Positions 62,036 through 64,000 of a DNA stretch of 64,000 nucleotides are shown in pieces (within the stretch, counting starts at the first letter, position 1; each line of letters opens with the position of its first letter). The DNA is from Laetmonice hystrix. Taxonomy: Eukaryota. The notes below the pieces were generated by a model. That model was not told the origin of the DNA. It saw only the letters and a program-made list of their open reading frames with translations, and ran no database searches. A program made the position numbers and the translations under genes. The stretch is from positions 496,001-560,000 of the forward strand of contig OZ249440.1 in NCBI GenBank assembly GCA_965235115.1, given 5' to 3'.

Positions 62036-62662
62036 GTTGATGAAAATGCTTAAGTTCCTGAATATTGATCCTTACTAGATGACGCTCAACGCGCAATATC
62101 AACATCATTTAACGGCCGACCGGTTCTGCATGGGGTTGTAGCCCTATATGTGACCACGTCTATAGTATTATGTAAACATTATTATGTCTACCAATACCGA
62201 TACCATTTCTGTGGTGGTGCTGGTCGTTTGGACTCGCCCGTCTCCAATCAACCATGGCGCTTAATAATCGCACTCATGCCTAATTGATAACTTGAGACTG
62301 AGACAAACGCAAGTGTGGACGAAAAAGGTATACAAAAAGGTAAAACAGTAAAGGGTTAGATAATTTAAATATTTAAGGTTTCTACTCATGTCCCGCCTTG
62401 CACTCATATCCCTCATGGGAAGGGTAGGCCTACATAGAATAAAGTTTGGTTGTGGGCGGGTAGGAAATCAGAGTGTTCTCAGTGGCAGATGGCTGGGGTG
62501 ATGGAGAAGGAGGAGAATCAGCGCATGCGCAGATGTCCGAGAGGGCGCTGCAAGTCCGAGAGGGCGCTGGTGGGGAGTCAGTGTCTCAGTCTCATTAAAA
62601 AATTACAAAATAACAATTATTCTCAACTCGCTTGTATAACTGCCACATGGTGACTAATATGT

Positions 62663-62663
<1 letters not shown>

Positions 62664-62698
<35 letters not shown>

Positions 62699-62825
62699 GA
62701 GGCGGGGCTGGCGACATATAGATCTAGTCTAGATCTAGGCGGGGCTGGCGACATATAGATCTAGTCTAGATCTAGGCGGGGCTGGCGACATATAGATCTA
62801 GTCTAGATCTAGGCGGGGCTGGCGA
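62664..62825. repeat. (GACA)n microsatellite followed by a 37-bp GC-box/palindrome repeat x3
   Basis: ggcggggctggcgacatatagatctagtctagatcta. Confidence 0.88.
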
Positions 62826-63291
62826 AATGCTCCCAAGGATTCGGTTCACTGACAGTGTGAATCTCGGAGTTTTGCTTTGGGTTGACGAGTTTGCCCTCAG
62901 CCAGGGTTATAGCAAGGCGGCAGACAGGTGAAAACCAGGTCTCTGCTGCTGCTGGCAAACAATTTCACGGTTATGGTTAGATGGGCTCAGTGTTGAGTTA
63001 TAATAGGCCTAGGCCTACAAATTGTTACAAATAACGATCATTGCAGGTTGATAAGTTTCACGCGGTTGACGGTCGGTGTTTGGGAAACATCACAACTTCT
63101 AACTATATGACAGGTGCAAGTAATAACAATCAATAATTGACCTGGCTATATTACTGGTGTATACAGCTTTATGTATTCTTGGTATAGAACTTGGTCAGCA
63201 GGTCAATACATGCCTGCCAGGCTAGTTTTTGTCCATATCATACTCTCGAATAATGCATGTATTATATTGGCATAGAAATAGACGTTAACTA

Positions 63292-63930
63292 AATGAGTCT
63301 GTCCATGAGGTAGGATATGAGTCGGTCCATGAGGTAGGATATGAGTCGGTCCATGAGGTAGGATATGAGTCAGTCCATGAGGTAGGATATAAGTCGGTCC
63401 ATGAGGTAGGATATGAGTCTGTCCGTGAGGTAGGATATGAGTCAGTCCGTGAGGTAGGATATGAGTCGGTCCATGAGGTAGGATATGAGTCTGTCCATGA
63501 GGTAGGATATGAGTCTGTCCATGAGGTAGGATATGAGTCTGCCCATGAGGTAGGATATGAGTCGGTCCATGAGGTAGGATATGAGTCTGTCCATGAGGTA
63601 GGATATGAGTCGGTCCGTGAGGTAGGATATGAGTCTGTCCATGAGGTAGGATATGAGTCTGTCCATGAGGTAGGATATGAGTCTGTCCATGAGGTAGGAT
63701 ATGAGTCTGTCCATGAGGTAGGATATGAGTCGGTCCGTGAGGTAGGATATGAGTCTGTCCATGAGGTAGGATATGAGTCTGTCCATGAGGTAGGATATGA
63801 GTCTGTCCATGAGGTAGGATATGAGTCGGTCCGTGAGGTAGGATATGAGTCGGTCCATGAGGTAGGATATGAGTCGGTCCATGAGGTAGGATATCAGTCG
63901 GTCCATGAGGTAGGATATGAGTCGGTCCAT
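63292..63930. repeat. 24-bp minisatellite, ~27 copies
   Basis: ccatgaggtaggatatgagtcggt. Confidence 0.95.
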
Positions 63931-64000
63931 GATGAAAACTGGACTTTTATTTCACTTATCATTTCAAGTGTAATTGTGCGACTGTTTCACTGTCTTTTAA

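Noticed and set aside
62826-62930. Possible first coding exon (ATGCTCCCAAGG...CAG|GTGAA)
   Set aside because: It has no recognisable homology and a weak donor, and no downstream exon could be identified in the window.
63442-63930. (MDRLISYL)n ORF
   Set aside because: It is a translation of the 24-bp array and runs off from a repeat-internal ATG.
1-64000. CRISPR array
   Set aside because: All arrays are head-to-tail near-identical units with no unique spacers, there are no cas-like ORFs, and the context is spliced eukaryotic genes.
33500-64000. Autonomous transposase or reverse transcriptase genes
   Set aside because: No ORF with DDE, RT, endonuclease or Rep/helicase motifs was seen; all elements found are non-autonomous.

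Overview
This is eukaryotic (bilaterian invertebrate-like) genomic DNA with GT-AG introns. Nothing in it looks prokaryotic or viral, and there is no CRISPR array. I assembled five protein-coding genes by hand from splice sites and conserved motifs. (1) The 3' part of SNRNP200/Brr2 (+, 12 exons, 276-7298). (2) A complete galactocerebrosidase GALC (+, 18 exons, 11774-20873). (3) A complete UVSSA (-, 14 exons, 24966-31663). (4) BORCS7 (+, 5 exons, 34506-39346), divergent from UVSSA. (5) A single-coding-exon ELH/DH44/CRH-family neuropeptide precursor (-, 45925-46593). By a rough hand tally, 40-45% of the window consists of more than 30 locally born tandem arrays (17-145 bp units), none of which visibly share a unit sequence. 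There are also several non-autonomous DNA transposons (hAT-, Tc1/mariner-, Mutator- and foldback-like) and a tRNA-derived SINE. Most long ORFs in the supplied track are by-products of these arrays. The most striking pattern is that at least seven duplications or arrays were seeded exactly on exon-intron junctions of three housekeeping genes, creating runs of decoy splice sites. One of these offers an in-frame alternative donor inside the UVSSA zinc finger. The neuropeptide exon lacks the usual N-terminal dibasic cleavage site and sits between two same-orientation copies of one DNA transposon. All family assignments come from recalled motifs, not database searches.
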